Below are positions 36,691-49,580 of a stretch of 64,000 nt of DNA, one piece after another (the stretch's first letter is position 1; every line of letters begins with the position of its first letter). Source of the DNA: Raillietiella orientalis. Lineage: Eukaryota. The stretch covers positions 1,798,001 through 1,862,000 of the forward strand of contig JAYWIR010000032.1 in assembly GCA_036172245.1 (NCBI GenBank), in the 5' to 3' direction. A program made the position numbers and the translations under genes. The notes under the pieces were generated by a model. That model saw nothing but the letters and a program-made list of their open reading frames with translations. It did not search any database and was not told where the DNA came from.

Positions 36691-39600
36691 TTCGCCCATT
36701 GAGATCTCAGGGAACGCGGCGTTCTTGAAAAGCTGGAAATTCCCGGACCGTATGCTGATCGTTTCAGAGAGGTCCCTGTGGTCCCGTGGTGTTCAGCACA
36801 GCACGGAAATCTGCTGAACTCGCTGGGCACTGACCCGTGCCGACGCCTAAGGTTCACCTAAGCAGAGGCGGATCGGTGGCAGAGACTCCGCGTGCCGGTC
36901 TCAAGGCCGAGTGGATCCTATCCGACTGGGTTGACCCTTCCAGAAAGACGCTCAAGCTTCCAGGAAACTACTGCGTCCTCGTGCACCCGCCGAATGCCAA
37001 CTCCACGATCAGCAGTGAGAACTCTTCACCGATGGCTCTCTGTTGAGAGCGAAATCCCAGCCAGGCCCTCGAAACCTCTTCTCCTTACATCTCATCGCCT
37101 CCCCTCTGCACTCGTGGTCACTGGACAGCGGAAAGAGACGTTCTCAGGACAAACCACCTCCGGCCGAACCGAAATTGATTGCACATTTGATCGTCAGATG
37201 TCAGAAGAAGGCAATCACTGACGCGAAGAGCAATGTGGTTGTGGGAATTGATCACCTCCTTTGACTTTTCCGACCGATTCTATGATCTGCGCGTTTTTCC
37301 CAGCAGCTCAGCTCTCAAGCATCTTCTCAACGAGCCATCAGCCAGTTCGTGGTTCCTCGCCTCAGCGTGGGAAGCTGAAAACCGTTTCACAAGATCGCAG
37401 GGTCATCCATCGCGTTTCCTCTCGCCAAGCGAGTGAGCACGCCTACTACGAAGTTTTCCTTTTACTGCTTTCTATCGAGCGTGAACATCTACTTCACGTG
37501 TTTTTTCCCCCTCTCTCTCGAAGAGGGTAGGTGGAACAGACACTTGGAAGAAACGCCGAATTCTTATGGATGAAAATCTCAAATTTCGGAGGAATCTTCC
37601 GCTTAGAAGTTCTGGATGTAAATATTCGCCTTGGAGGGCGCTGCCAACCTCCTGTGTTTGCACAGGAGCAAGACGCCTTCTTCCTGCCTTTGGTTTTCTG
37701 CAGATCCAGAGTCGCCCATCCGAGCGTCTAAGTGCCATTCGCCCCCATTATTGGAACTGAGCTGCCTTAGATGGAAATATTACACGCAACGGAGTATGAA
37801 GAAACAAGTCTTCTCTAATGACATGCTAGGATCCGCCTTGAGATCACAGAGTGTTGGCGAGCAGCACTCCTCAAGAAGTAATGCATTTCAACTATCCTTT
37901 GTCCTAGCACGCGCATCCCCGGACTCATGGCTGAAACAGCCGCGTTATTACTTCGCTTGTTAACACTGCTGCTGACAGCTGATGCATGGTCCATTGCCAT
38001 GCGTTGAGAGCATTATCCGACTATCGTATGCGAATGTCAAGAGAGCACGAGTTTTGCTCTTCTCCGTACTCGGGTGATGCAAACGATCCTGACTGTAACT
38101 GTAACCTAATCTTCTCTCGGCAGATAAGTATAGCCAAGGCAACCGGCTCGACTTCTCTGGAAGGGAAGTCTGCTCCTTTGTATCGCGTTGTTTACGTGGT
38201 TCGAGCTCTTCTGCGTCCTTTTCTGAATGAGATATATTGCACTCGTGTTGAAATCGCTAAACTCTTCTCTTGACGATGCGACCTTCATTTTGGAAGGTCA
38301 TCAGCATTACGAAAGCCAGCGCTGAAAGCTTCTTTCGCTAATCCGTAAGTCAACTCTGATCGCGGCAGTCGTTGCTGGGTTTATTCTGATGTTATGGACG
38401 CATGAGCTTCGAGAGCCTCTGGAGCTTCTCACAATGGCATCTCAGAGCTTTCAAGAAGAAAATATTCTCTCCGGAAGAAATTAGTAGCCACTCGTTCTCA
38501 GAAGCCGAGTATGCGCTACAAGCTAGCCGTCCAGAAAACAGGCTTCCAAGGAGGAGCGGGCTACTGCGGTCGCTATATCTGTACATCTGAAAGCGTGCGC
38601 ATGGAACGGCAAGCCGAATTGCATCGACATCGCAAAACTAAAAACACGCGCAACGAATCTCGAGAGGCGGCGCGAAGGAGGAAAAACTTCTTACGCTCTT
38701 TCGAGCCTGCAAACAGAACAGAATGAAGGCTCATCATCACTCAGCTTGCCAAGAGATACCACCTCCTCCTTGTAGTCGCACGCTCAATTTTGCTCTTTCT
38801 TCAGAACCAAATTTTTCCAAGGACAACGCCTTCGAACATCTGCTTGCAGCAATGCAAGCAGCAGCAAACAGTTCAGGCTTCTAAGAGTTGGAAGGGAACA
38901 ACTACCTGACCCAACCTGACCCAGTGCAACCGAACAGAAAGAAACCGAAGCTAGCCCAATAAAAGCTAGCCTCACCCCCCAAAAAAAAACCCAAGTTGGT
39001 TTTGTCTAACCAAACCTAACCTGAAGACGAACCTAACCTGAAGGTTCATCTTCTGTCTCACCGACTGTTTGCTGGTTTCTTTGCAGACTCGCTCTGAAAG
39101 CTCCGGGGGAAGGTGAGCTGTCTGCCAAGCGGCAGTCGGGCGCTGCTGAGGGAGTTGCACGGAGTGGAGCCACGTTAAAAGCCACCGAGTCCTGGCTCTT
39201 TCGTGAGACGGAGACGAAGAGCGGGCCACTATGCATTCGTGGAACATGTGCCTCCCTCCACTTGGACTGTCACCGAGACCCCTTTAGCGGGAAAGTGAAC
39301 ATGACTTTCTCCCACGGTTCGAAACTGTTCTCTCTGCTCGGTGCCTTGGACCCTCGCCCGACTTGCCAAAGATTTCCTCTGAAACAAGGCTGATCTGTAA
39401 AGTCCTCAGCCTCTAACCTACTTTCTTTCGCTCCTCGATTGTCATGTCTCCATAGTGATATTCGCGGGTTCTGAGGACACCTGTTAGATCAGCCCTACAA
39501 GTCTGCAAGTAAGGCTGAAGCTAGATTATTGCTTACCCCATTTCCCTTCTGGCACGTACCACCAACCCTTAGGCTCTCTCTACGTTAACCTCACAAACAT

Positions 39601-41455
39601 GTAGCCGAAGCCACAGATCGCTAGTGGGATCGAAGCTCCCCAGTGCGATGTTTTCGTTTTTTCGTCTCTGCGCCTCCGAGTCGCTGCTCGATCCTCAATT
39701 CGCCATTCATTTGTATACGACCTTCTTCAACCTTCGTCACGAGATGACAACGAGCCGGAGCTTCCCGAAGACACTCGACACTTGAAGACACTTGTCCTCC
39801 AGTTCCCACAAAGGGAGCGGAATGCCGACAAAAGAGAAGTCTGCCGTAACGCTCCTTTCCCGAGACGGTCGCTACGGCAGCCTTGGACGATCCTATCGAG
39901 GTGGGGATGAGCTTTGGCGAAAGCTCCTCCTCAATGGCAGAGTTCGGAGAACTTTGGTGTGTCCTCCGCATCCTCCGTGCCCCATCCCCACCAGACTGGA
40001 AGCGAAGTGACCCGCCCGCGACTTCAAGGCGGTGCAGAATTCACAATCGGGGCCACGGGGAATAGCTTTCGACGTTTTCGAGAGCCAGGAATTCCACACG
40101 ACCCCTCCTCCTAGCGGGAACATTTCATACCGACTTCATCTTTCCATGCCCACTCTAAACACTTCCTCCAAGACTCTCTTTCTAGAAGTTCCCATTTCTA
40201 GAAATCGAGTGAAGGGCTACCAGACACTTCACATCTGCAGACCTAGGGCAGAGCGAAGAGGAGATCTGAAGCAGAAGAAAAATAAATTTCGGTGCATTCA
40301 GTCTCCAGTGGCTCTCTCAGATTCCTCTAGGGCTTATAGACACCAAGGCAAAAATAGCCATCGAAACGGATGAGACTCTGATAACCTCCCTATCTTTCCT
40401 GTTAATAGAGGGTGGGAAGTGGAAAACTTCCACTCAACTAGCGAGGCCAGGAAGGCGATCTTCCCGTCCTCCGTCCTCGTGGCTCCGAATTTCTGGTCCA
40501 CAAAATGGAACCAGATGAGCAGAAGGCGTAGATTGAAAGAATCAATGAGACGCTTCTGATCAAGACAGGTCTCCTGGAAAGCTGGAGCTTGTGTCTAGGA
40601 AGTAGGAAGGACTTCGAAAATTGTTTTGTGAACCAGCATCTGTGCTCATGGAGAAGGGACGGTGTTCATGAGAAGAAGAAAACATCAACGAAAAAAAAAA
40701 GGACAAGAACAAGAACGGGCAGAACAAGAACAGGATGAACGAGAACAGGAAGAATAGGAAGTAGCAGAAGACGATTCGAGAGATACGCAGAGCAGCCGGA
40801 GGCAAGGTCCTTTTCACTTCCTCCCTTTTTTATAACGACGGTTTGGTACGATTTTACGGAAATGAGCGTCTGAAGAGAGGTTGAAGAGGACGCTGAGGAG
40901 TGGATCCAGATGGCATGGCCAAGCGCGCGTGCCCACATAAGCGGATATGCGGGATGCACGTGTATGGGTTAAGTGTGGGTGGTTTCAGAACGGAAATTCG
41001 TTAAACTTCATATTAACTGAGGGAACTTGAGGCAAGAACTTTCAGGGGGCGAGGCACTGGACAGCCCCTCTGGTGCGGCAGTCCTTCCCTTGTGCGACAG
41101 GCGCGCGCAAGGGAAGAAGGAAGATTCTGGAAGAGATTCCCGGATGTGGATGGATCCTGTTCCCACGTGCGAGGGTCAGGTGGGATTGGGGTGAGGGTGC
41201 TCGTTTCCACGCGGAACGGCCAGGCCCAGGCTCCCGGTAGTCCTCCGGGATACCGGAACGCGCGTCGTGACCTTGCAAACTGAGCGGGTGGCGCAGTAGC
41301 TAGACCTCTCTCGGCACCGAACGAACCACACGCGTGGCGCACTCCGCGAGGACGGCTGGCACCTTGACAGTCTCCACGGAGGAGTCCGACCGTCGCAAGA
41401 AGAAGAGCTTCCATCCCTTCCGGACAGAGGTCGCTCTAGGAAAGGACGTACGTAC

Positions 41456-41641
41456 CTTCTTCAAAGTCCCCCATCCGGTTCCGGCCAGGAGGACCGTGTG
41501 CTGATGGATGGATGTGGCGGCGACAGCGGTCACGGAGCCGTTGGCGTGCTCTAGGGATGCTCCGGACTCGATTGGGAGCGGTCCAGAGAGCTTCAGGGCT
41601 GCGTCGCAGGAGGGTGGAGGCGGCGGACTGTCTTCGCCGGT
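41456..41641 (-). CDS. PlexB: Plexin-B coding exon 2 (Sema, 62 codons)
   Basis: TGEDSPPPPPSCDAALKLSGPLPI...VTAVAATSIHQHTVLLAGTGWGTLKK; acceptor ctgacatttctctctcctctgggacaag|, donor AAG|GTACGT; 186 nt. Confidence 0.88.
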
Positions 41642-42324
41642 CTTGTCCCAGAGGAGAGAGAAATGTCAGCCGGAAGTGCGTCTCCTGCGCAGTTTGCAGG
41701 TCGCTATCCCCCAGATCTGCCGCGCATCCGCCTCCCTTCCTTTCGCTTTCCCCTTCCTCCAGCTCTCCAGCGCCCCTGGAAAGTGTCCCTAGGTGGACTT
41801 AAGCTCTTCAAGAAGAGCTCATTGGCCCCCTCAACAGAGTTGTCGAGTGTCTTTTGGGGTTGCTGCGGCACTTCGGACTGCGCGCTGCAGCTCAGCTTCC
41901 GGTGTTCCCGGATGGGTCCCCTTCGCCGCGGTTTCCGATCGGAAATCTTGTTTTCTTGCTTCGCTTCTTCCCTTCCAACACCTCGTCCCTATTCCATTCA
42001 AGAGGTGGACAGGATTCCAAGGTACCAGTTGGATGACCATAAGATCCTATCTGGTGCACGCATTGAGGACAGTGGCTCACCTACGTGTCTTCATCGTGAA
42101 CCGTTTTTTTGTTTCCTGGTTGCCACTAGTCTGGGAACGAACTAGCGACCTCTGCCTCGACGACAAGGAAGACGGTCTCTCGCAGAAGCTGTTGCCATCC
42201 CCCCGCTTACCGACCACGATAGCTGCTGTTGCTCATTAGAAGACCAGATACGTGGGAAATCCTAACTACCCGGAGTATGCAACACCGGAAGCCACTTCCT
42301 CTACCTTTCTATCGTTCAATGAGT

Positions 42325-42600
42325 TCTTCTAGCTTGGCTCTCTTCGGCTGCAGCTGCTTCTCCTCCTGTTCTTGTTTTTGTTCTTCCATGCTTGCTCTCT
42401 TTCCATGTTCTTGTTCGTCTCCTTCTTCGTGTCCTTGCTGTTTTCCTTCCTGATGTGCTTCTTGTTCTTTTGCTTGTCCTCCTTGTTCTTCTAATGTGCA
42501 TTACACTATCCCTCTTCCATGAGCATAAGTGCTGATCCACAATGAAATTCCTGTTACTGTTCTTCTTCTTCCTGTTTTCCTTGTTGTTTTTTTTTTCATG
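42325..42600. repeat. Pyrimidine-rich (TTC/TTG/TCC) low-complexity tract
   Basis: Repeated ttcttg/ttcttc on the plus strand; a shorter mirror aagaac tract lies at 40670-40770. Confidence 0.8.
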
Positions 42601-43174
42601 GACACCGTTTCTTCATTATGAGCATAGATACTGGTCCACGAAGCAACTTTTCGGGTCCCTCCTGCTTCCTGGACACGAGATCCAGTTTTCCAGGAGACCT
42701 GACTTGATCAGAGGCACCTCATTGGCTCTTTGCATCTACTCCTCTGTCGTTCTGCTCATCTGGTTTCATTTTATGGACGTAGAATTTGGAACCACGAGGA
42801 CAGAAGTCGGAAAGGTCGCTTTACTGAGTCCTCTCGTCAGTCTTCCTCTGTCCTCTCGTGCATAGCGCACCCCTTCTTCACTCCATCGCCTTCAAGTTCC
42901 TCTCACGAAATTTCTGGGAAGTTTCCAGCGGCTTTCCGAAATATGAAAAAGTACGGCTATTCGCGCATCGGTATTGCCATCCTCGGTGCCTCTTCCAGCT
43001 TCATCCAGATTTCCTTGCACCTGGATAGGCGTGGAATATCCTCGTGACTCCCTCCTGGAAGACCTCTTGTCGTGCAGCTCCCTCCCATTTCGGCACTAGG
43101 GTGGAAGAGGGCTTCATTCCGCCCGTGCATCCCTCTGGCATCTGCGCTAAGCTCAGTCCGCGCTGCATAATCAC

Positions 43175-44326
43175 CTGAGTCCTGGAGGGGCACTTCCCTT
43201 CCTGGATGGAGCCGGACACGTAGTCCAGCCTCCTGTGCGGGATGGTGCCATTGAGGCAGAGCCGAATGTTCTTCTCGAAGACGGCGTGGACGTCGCTCAT
43301 GCGGAAGAGGCAGATGGCGGAGCCGAGCGCCGGATCCGAGGTGTGGTTGACCGCCTTGGAGAAGGCACCGACAATCAGGTGGTCGCCCTTCTCTGCGCTC
43401 ATCGCTCTCGCCAGGTCGTCCCCGGGCTTGAACACCTTGGCGTCGCGCAGGATGCTGTAGTCGGCGGAGGCATCCGCTGAGGACACGCACCTCAGCGTGA
43501 CCTCGACGTAAGTGTCGTAGTTGGAGTCGTTGGCGCAGATCCTGGAGATGCGGGTCAGATAGCCGGCCTCCTCGTGAGCGGGTAGGTGCGAGTGCTTCTG
43601 CACCGCGAGGAAGTATGCGAAGGGGCCGTGCGCAAACCCGTAGACGTACTTCACGACGAAGTGGTCCCTGTGTTTCACGTCGATGGTGAGGAAGGACTGC
43701 TTAGAGAACGAGTACTCCACGAACTGCAAATCGGACAGGCGCCGGCTGGACAGCGCAGGGACCTCGTCCCGGTAGCTGCCCAGGTTCGTGAACGTGGTGC
43801 CCACGTACAGCACGTGGGAACCACCCCCATGGGCTCTGCTGCTCCCGATGAAGGCCAGGGTCGAAGACTTCTCGTCGTTCGCCGCGATCCCTCTGGAGAT
43901 TGGTGCCGGCGGCGATTCCAACAAATTGCCCAGGGCGTACTTCTCGCAGGAGCCTTGGAACAAAGAGCCGCAAACGATCAGGGAGAGGTGGTCCGTGTCA
44001 GCCACCAGGACCTTGTTGAAGTTGTCCGTCAGGGTCCTGGTGGCGTTAGGGCTGCTGCAGCCGCCGCTCGCGTGACACATGGGGCTGTCCAGTTTCGGCC
44101 CTGTGACCACTTCTTCGAGAAGTTCGAGGTCGTGGTTTAGGTGGTACAGGCGGTTCACTGCCCCGACGTACAGCCCTGTTCCGGGATGCCACACGAGGTG
44201 GCTAATGGTAGAGTTCAGGGAACGCGCCTTGACCTTCGGCTCGAGCCCGTCCCGCTCTGGAGCGTCCTCTCCGAGGGAGCGCGTCGCTACGACCAGCAGA
44301 GAGGCCATGAACCACGGAGGCGGCAT
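43175..44326 (-). CDS. PlexB: Plexin-B coding exon 1: signal peptide and most of the Sema domain (384 codons)
   Basis: Starts MPPPWFMASLLVVATRSLG; contains GLYVGAVNRLYHL, VTGPKLDSPMC, DNFNKVLV, LIVCGSLFQGSC and SAICLFRM; donor CAG|GTGATT after 43175, phase 0. Confidence 0.93.
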
Positions 44327-44434
44327 GACGCGTAGGTTGCGGAAGGACTGGCGCGGCACCTTTCAGACTCCCATGTGACGGCGACTACGACCTTGTCGAG
44401 ACCACAACCGGAGGTCTTTTTCTACTTCTCGCTC
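44327..44434 (-). other. Probable 5' UTR part of the first coding exon
   Basis: Minus-strand ctaat-gttccttactactgtgttccag| (branch point, pyrimidine tract, AG) ends at 44435; an in-frame TGA at 44365-44363 lies upstream of the ATG. Confidence 0.55.
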
Positions 44435-47400
44435 CTGGAACACAGTAGTAAGGAACATTAGAGCTCTCCCGCCACTCCTCCGATCCGAGGTCGCTCTGCT
44501 CCCGTGACGACGCGATGCGGCGATGCCCCCCGCATGCGTTGTGGAGGGAAGGAGAGGAAAAGGAGCTCTTTGCAGCAGCTGCCAAAGACTCGACGGGGAA
44601 ACCCATCGTTCGAAGCAGCCTCCAGGAAGCCAAGCCTCCTTTCCTCCGGAAGTCTTCTGAGCTTCTGGCAGGCCGCCAACAGGTGGGGAGTGCGCTTGGG
44701 AAAGCGAAGTTGAGGAAGATGTTGAGGGATCGAAATAGAAACTGCCGGTTACAACTCGGCGGCCAACTTCCGAGACCTGGTCACATGCACGACCTTGAGG
44801 AACCTCACCCGAACAGTCTCCGAGGATGACAGGCACAGCAGCCATCCAATGTCAGGAACCTATTTCGGAAGACGGATCTTTCTTTGTGTCAGCAAAGGGA
44901 GAGGAAAGGGGCCAAGGTCGGAGAGACATCCAGCACATGGTCATTCAACATTTAAGGCGCCTCGGTGGGAGCTGAACGGGAAGTGAGTGAAGACGCGGTA
45001 CGCATGCGTGCGATAAAGACGCGTAAGAATTACCAATTAACCCTTGCATGAGGTGAAATGGATGATTTTCTAGAGAAGTTTTCCTCTTCCAGAGGGCGCT
45101 CGACACACCCTCTGGTCAGAGAGCCCCGTTCCTTCCCCGTCCATCAGGTGGCGCCCCTTTAAGTTGGCGGGATGTGTCAGTGTGGTCCACGACCACAGGC
45201 GGTCTCATTCGACGCCGCCGAGAAGGAAACTCACCTTCTGCTCTCCGAACAGCAGAGACGCCAGAGCGGCAGCCGCCTCTTCGAGGGGAGCAAATCCGGG
45301 AAAAAAAAAATTTCGACCCGGATGATGCATCCTGATTGGATTTCCTTCTTTCTACACACTTCTCCTTGTGTGCTAACAAGGACATTCCGCTTTCTAAATC
45401 CCGAATTATCCGTGTTTATTGGATGAAGCAGGCAATGACGAAACCATCTTTGTAGTCAAGCCGATTATTACTAGTAGTAGGTAACAGCATTAGAATTCCT
45501 GAGGGAGTTCCTGGGTTTCCCAGCCTTCCGTGTCACGTGCAAGACGATCACCCTAAGGACGGGTTTCCCAGGATGCCAGTACAAATCCAATTACCACTCT
45601 ATTCGTCATACGGTTTTTCGAGATGTGGAACCTTCCTATCTGAATTCCTCTCGGAGGCGCCAGAGACGAGGTTACGGCAAACCCACTAAGAAACCTGTCC
45701 TGGTAGCGTGGGGCCGATTTACGCTTCCCAAGGAAGAGAGAGGAGCAACCAGGCGATCGAGTGCAGACGGCCCTCCTTGACGCCCTTTGCTCAACAAGAC
45801 TGCTGCAGATTCCCCATCACCTCGAAAGCATCTTGTGAGGGTTTCATCGGACTTTGGATAAGATGTTGCTACTGAGGACCCCTCGCTTCTCTCGAGGCAT
45901 CGATTCCGTGCAATCACCATCTGCCGCCCCATCCCTTTTTTCCACTCTTCGACATTAGCATCTTCTTGAGTCATTCCCTACGAATGTAGTTCAGGACACG
46001 ACGGGAGTAGAGAAAGGGAAATTCGACGGTCACCTCGTTTCACCATCCATTTCAGATTGCTCGTTTCACCTCCGTTTTCTGGTCACTTGCTGGTCACTTT
46101 CATTTCAGCTCATTAAGGGATTCTCTCGGGCATCCACGAGCTGTTAATTACGCGAGAAGTTGGTACGCCCTTGCATTCATGTGCAAGTGGACGCAAGGAG
46201 GGAATTCAAGATATCACAAGCGGCGAGTCATATTTCGCCCGAAACGTTTGGGGCTGTCGGCAGCCTGATGCAACTGAAACTCTCAGATAAGCAGTCACAA
46301 GAGGTGCAACACAAGCAGCACAAGAATTTGGCTGGGAGGGCACACGCGGATAAAAGGATACCAACGTGACGAAAGCTGCAGGGTGAAACCACGTCTCATC
46401 GTCGCTGATCCTAACGATGCATCCCACTATGCCCCTCCCACCTCATCTAAGAAACGAAACCTGGATGCGGAGCAAAAGACGAAAGCGACCACTTCCTCAA
46501 CGTGTGCTTCCGCGAGTTCAACAATCTGTTGGAAAAATGTACGATTGTAGAAAGCGGAATTTTAGTATGCAAAAGTGGCTGCATTTTTTCTTTTTTTTTC
46601 TTAGGCCGAAGCGCTGGATCTTCCCTAGGAAATCCTTCATTATTCGTATTTTTCCAGCCCAGAACGAATGCACATGTTGGAGAATGAGGAAGACCCCGTT
46701 ATGAACATGGCGAAGAGGATGCACGAAGCAGTTTTGAAAAGCGCGAAGTTTCCTCCGAGAATTCCCACATCTTGCTCCCTATCCTGTTTTCTCGTGTTGT
46801 TCGAGGTGCGGGAAAGCAAGCGTGGCTCTCCTGATCTCCATAAATCACGCAGCTTGAAGAAATCGGAAAAAGCCGGATGCCTGAAGGAGTGCGTTTTAAA
46901 TTATTCAAGATGATGGTTTTCATCTGAGCTCCGCAGTAAATCAAATCAAATCATGGGGTGCCGTTATTTGACCATCGGAAGCTGAATCTCCGATTCTCGA
47001 TGATTTTTAGTCTCTTCCCACCATCGCTGCCCATCCCAATCGATCCTCTGCTCAGGAAAGCATTCCCCGGTTACCTTCCCTCCAACACAACTGACCACTG
47101 AAATCAGTCTACTGCTGCGACGGCTGACCGAGAAAAGAGCTTCCCTCCGGGACATTCGTCTTCCACTGACGAAACTTATTGGTACTCGAGAGATGATGGA
47201 GAACCTTTCTTAAAGGAAAACATACCAAAATACCGTGCACTAAGATTGCATCCGAGAAGCTGCCATTTTTAAAAAAAAACAAAACAAAACAATGGATGCG
47301 TCCTTTTAATCAATTCGCCCGTCCCGGTGCAACTCATGAACTGCAATTCTTATTCCCCTACCATCCAACGCCACACTTTCGTCAGCCGAATGACAGTAGG

Positions 47401-48739
47401 TGAATTTCAAGTTTCATTAGAGCAATACGGCGGCGCGTTCTTCCGCTCGTGTAGGAGCATCATCCACGACGTTTCGGAAGTCGGAATTTGAGACGTAGCT
47501 TGGAGCTTCAGATGCAATAAAGGGAAGGATAGAAGACGGGATCACTAACTCTCCACGAAGCACCATCAGTGTGGGATCTGCGGCTCGAGGTGCTCTTGTT
47601 TCTTTAAACATCCCGCAGACACATTTCGCAGCTACACGATCCGGTGTTTGAAACAGGAAAAATGTCCTACTGGAGGCGTGATCCACTTACAAAGTGACGC
47701 CGGTGGTTCACCATCCCTACTGCACGGATGTCCATAGCCCAGCTGCTGAAGTTAACTGTGAGGATCTTCCAGTGCCAGTTACTTACGAGCTCATCCTTTC
47801 AGAGGAAATGTCGGAACACAACAAAAGCTGGAGAGCTGCTGCTTGCATTGCTGAGGCAATTAGTCAGTTCCCTCCGCAATCAAGTCAACCAGAACAAAGT
47901 TAAACACTTGCAACTTAGTTCCGAAAGATTTCGAGATAAACTTGCGATTCGCAAATGAACTCCTATAAACCTTTTTTTTTTTTTTCAAGATACGCATCTC
48001 AGAGCCATCGAACATGAGCTTTCCCCCTGTACACGTGCTTGTGACGTGTCACGCTTTTCTTAATTCATTGCTAGCGAGTGTGCGACCGAATTCCCGTGTT
48101 AGGACTGTACGAACAGCAACACAGAGCTGGAACGAGGCGATGTAACCTCGTCCTGGGAAAGCAAAATCTCGTCACAGACATCGACGCGTGCTGCCTGTTG
48201 GAACGCCCAGAAGCAGCATACGCAGGTGAACGAAAGTGAGTCGCGTGCTTCCCTTCCCTCTTTCAGTAACTCGAGAGTCATTTCTTGTGATTGTCACCGG
48301 CTTTTCCGTGCTAAGAGTCCTTAGCTCAGCCAGCCTGCAGCACTTCCTATGTTATAAGGCGGACCTTTAGCTCTGAACAACCGAGGTCATCATGCAGAAC
48401 TCACCCTTCAGCGACCTCACACTCACTTAAGAGTGTCTTCTCTCAAATCCTCACTGTGAATAGCAAAGTCACTATGAACCCTTCCTTGCCAATTTAGCGC
48501 ACCCAGTACGTGTGCACTTTAGTAGACAAATGCACGTTTTTCAATATACAGGGTGAGCGGTTTACAACCGGCGTTCTACGCTCCGGCTACGCTACGTTTC
48601 TCCGAGAAGTCAGATTTCGTGAAAAGCGATTTTAAACAGGGGTTTTAATTCGTTCACCCTTAGAATGTGTTTGTGTTACGAGGAACATAGAAGAATTGAT
48701 GAAATGCAATGATGCAGCAAGATCTATCTTAAGCTACCC

Positions 48740-49580
48740 ACATCCAGGCGCGCTGCATTTCGCCACATGACGTCAGCAAGACAAGGCTTCAGACGGGTCG
48801 GTTCCAAGCCGCTTGCCCTTTATTTTAGACTGCATTGTTGCCCGCCGTGCTGCCCGAGCAGCTAGACGTCACGCCGCGAAGCCGGAAGCGGCGCGACTCC
48901 AGCCTCTTCCCAGCCGCTCGCCCTCCATTTTTAGACTGCATTGTTGCCCGCCGTGCTGCCCGAGCAGCTAGACGTCACGCCGCGAAGCCGGAAGCGGCGC
49001 GACTCCAGCCGCTTCCGAGCCGCTCGCCCTCCATTTTTAGACTGCATTGTTGCCCGCCGTGCTGCCCGAGCAGCTAGACGTCACGCCGCGAAGCCGGAAG
49101 CGGCGCGACTCCAGCCTCTTCCCAGCCGCTCGCCCTCCATTTTTAGACTGCATTGTTGCCCGCCGTGCTGCCCGAGCAGCTAGACGTCACGCCGCGAAGC
49201 CGGAAGCGGCGCGACTCCAGCCTCTTCCGAGCCGCTCGCCCTCCATTTTTAGAATGCATTGTTGCCCGCCGTGCCGATCGCGCACGCTGACGTCAGGGCG
49301 CGGCGCCCGTTCGCGGAGCGCGCGCGCTTTTTCGAACTGCGCGAACGCTCGTGCTCGAAATCAGCGAGGTTGGCACCTCGGCCCCGGAGGGCGCCGGCGA
49401 TCCACGTGCGCCGAGCAAAGAGAACTTTGGCGGAAGACGCGGACTTGCAGCTTCGTTGGTTAACCTTGGTATTGACCGAGTTCGGTTTTTATCCCTCGCG
49501 CATTTCCTATTGTCATAGGAGCGAGCGACATGAAAACCGACCCGCTGAGTCAAGGCTCTTTACGATTGCCCCACTTGAGG
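48740..49580. repeat. Left arm of a long inverted repeat, containing a 106-bp tandem array
   Basis: Reverse complement of 55503-56020; the ORF track shows mirrored, near-identical peptides (MTQRVGF... versus MTQRAGF...). Confidence 0.95.
48803..49276. repeat. 106-bp tandem repeat, about 4.4 copies
   Basis: tgcattgttgcccgccgtgc recurs at 48831, 48937, 49043, 49149 and 49255, an exact 106-bp period. Confidence 0.97.

Larger units (their letters stand above)
822..44434 (-). other. PlexB: Plexin-B-like gene span (13 coding exons, about 1357 aa visible; cytoplasmic part continues beyond the window start)
   Basis: Spliced translation gives signal peptide-Sema-PSI-IPT-TM-juxtamembrane. Motifs SPMCHASGGC, IDVKHRDHFVVKYVYGF, QKHSHL...EAGYLTRISRICANDSNYDTYVEVTLRC and KQAFAELQ resemble insect Plexin B as I recall it. 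All inferred introns are GT-AG with matching phases. Confidence 0.93.

Noticed and set aside
39005..39045. aacctaacct repeats resembling (TTAGG)n telomere
   Set aside because: Only a few interrupted units, internal to an intron.
43235..44378. Several plus-strand ORFs over the Sema exon
   Set aside because: Expected shadow ORFs opposite a high-GC3 exon.
48803..49276. Regularly spaced repeats resembling a CRISPR array
   Set aside because: Whole units are near-identical with no unique spacers, there are no cas genes and the context is eukaryotic; the same applies to 33755-33898.
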